In this document: positions 61,304-61,362 of the stretch, in pieces | Numbering within the stretch: the first letter of the stretch is position 1 | Layout of the letters: each line of letters opens with the position of its first letter | DNA from: Minisyncoccota bacterium | GTDB taxonomy: Bacteria; Patescibacteriota; Minisyncoccia; Phycocordibacterales; Zambryskibacteraceae | Length of the DNA stretch: 61,362 nt | Direction of reading: 5' to 3' | Assembly: GCA_020059045.1 (NCBI GenBank) | Contig: JAGVCW010000018.1 | Span: 91,320-152,681, forward strand | Program-made: the position numbers and the translations under genes | Notes under the pieces: model-generated | Told to the model about the DNA's origin: nothing | Seen by the model: only the letters and a program-made list of their open reading frames with translations | Database searches by the model: none

Positions 61304-61362
61304 CTCCGCGACCAGGGCTCGAACCTGGGACATCCTCCTTAACAGGGAGGCGCTCTACCGAC
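61304..61362 (-). tRNA. tRNA-Asn (anticodon GTT), 3' portion; 5' end beyond right edge
   Basis: Minus strand ...GTCGGTAGAGCGCCTCCCTGTTAAGGAGGATGTCCCAGGTTCGAGCCCTGGTCGCGGAG. The anticodon loop is CTGTTAA and the T-loop TTCGAGC. CCA is not encoded. Confidence 0.85.

Noticed and set aside
61021-61362. Open plus-strand reading frame of about 114 codons running to the window edge
   Set aside because: It reads straight through two terminator hairpins and the antisense of tRNA-Asn, with no SD. It is an artefact of stop-poor sequence.

Overview
The window is a low-G+C, gene-dense bacterial segment. Gene content and style suggest a Patescibacteria/CPR-type genome, but that is an inference, not a search result. 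The backbone is housekeeping genes, mostly on the minus strand: leuS, ychF, pgi, ddl, uvrC, uvrA, lysS, greA, mrdA-mreDCB, proS, rseP, frr, holB, a second mreB, priA, def-fmt, hpf and two mltG paralogs. There is also tRNA-Ala and a partial tRNA-Asn. Between these sit many visibly G+C-richer cassettes of small ORFan genes. Each cassette has its own near-consensus TTGACA / TGnTATAAT promoter, a leader, a strong Shine-Dalgarno site and a hairpin terminator. The best candidate for a novel system is a ~5.7 kb G+C-rich island (about 11449-17190). It is bounded by a direct duplication of the 3' end of a flavodoxin-like oxidoreductase gene with an identical 16-mer core. It has no recognisable integrase. 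It carries a three-gene operon ending in a GHKL/MORC-like ATPase, a coiled-coil protein and a 447-aa protein with only weak methyltransferase-like motifs. Other notable points:
- a Nudix-like domain inserted into the LeuRS editing region;
- a PriA with destroyed Walker A/B motifs;
- a perfect 92-bp tandem duplication of the uvrA 5' end that creates an ATGA-coupled uORF, with a diverged analogue at ychF;
- a G+C-rich ORF-free ~340-nt region between uvrC and ddl;
- tRNA-Asn-like acceptor repeats enclosing a 117-nt structured RNA;
- a membrane bPH-AlbA_2 fusion;
- a systematic -10-like hexamer 6-9 nt upstream of housekeeping start codons, which may indicate leaderless mRNAs.

All calls come from reading the sequence and recalling family motifs. 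No searches, folding or statistics were run. Family names are recollections, and the composition figures are hand counts of single 60-nt samples.
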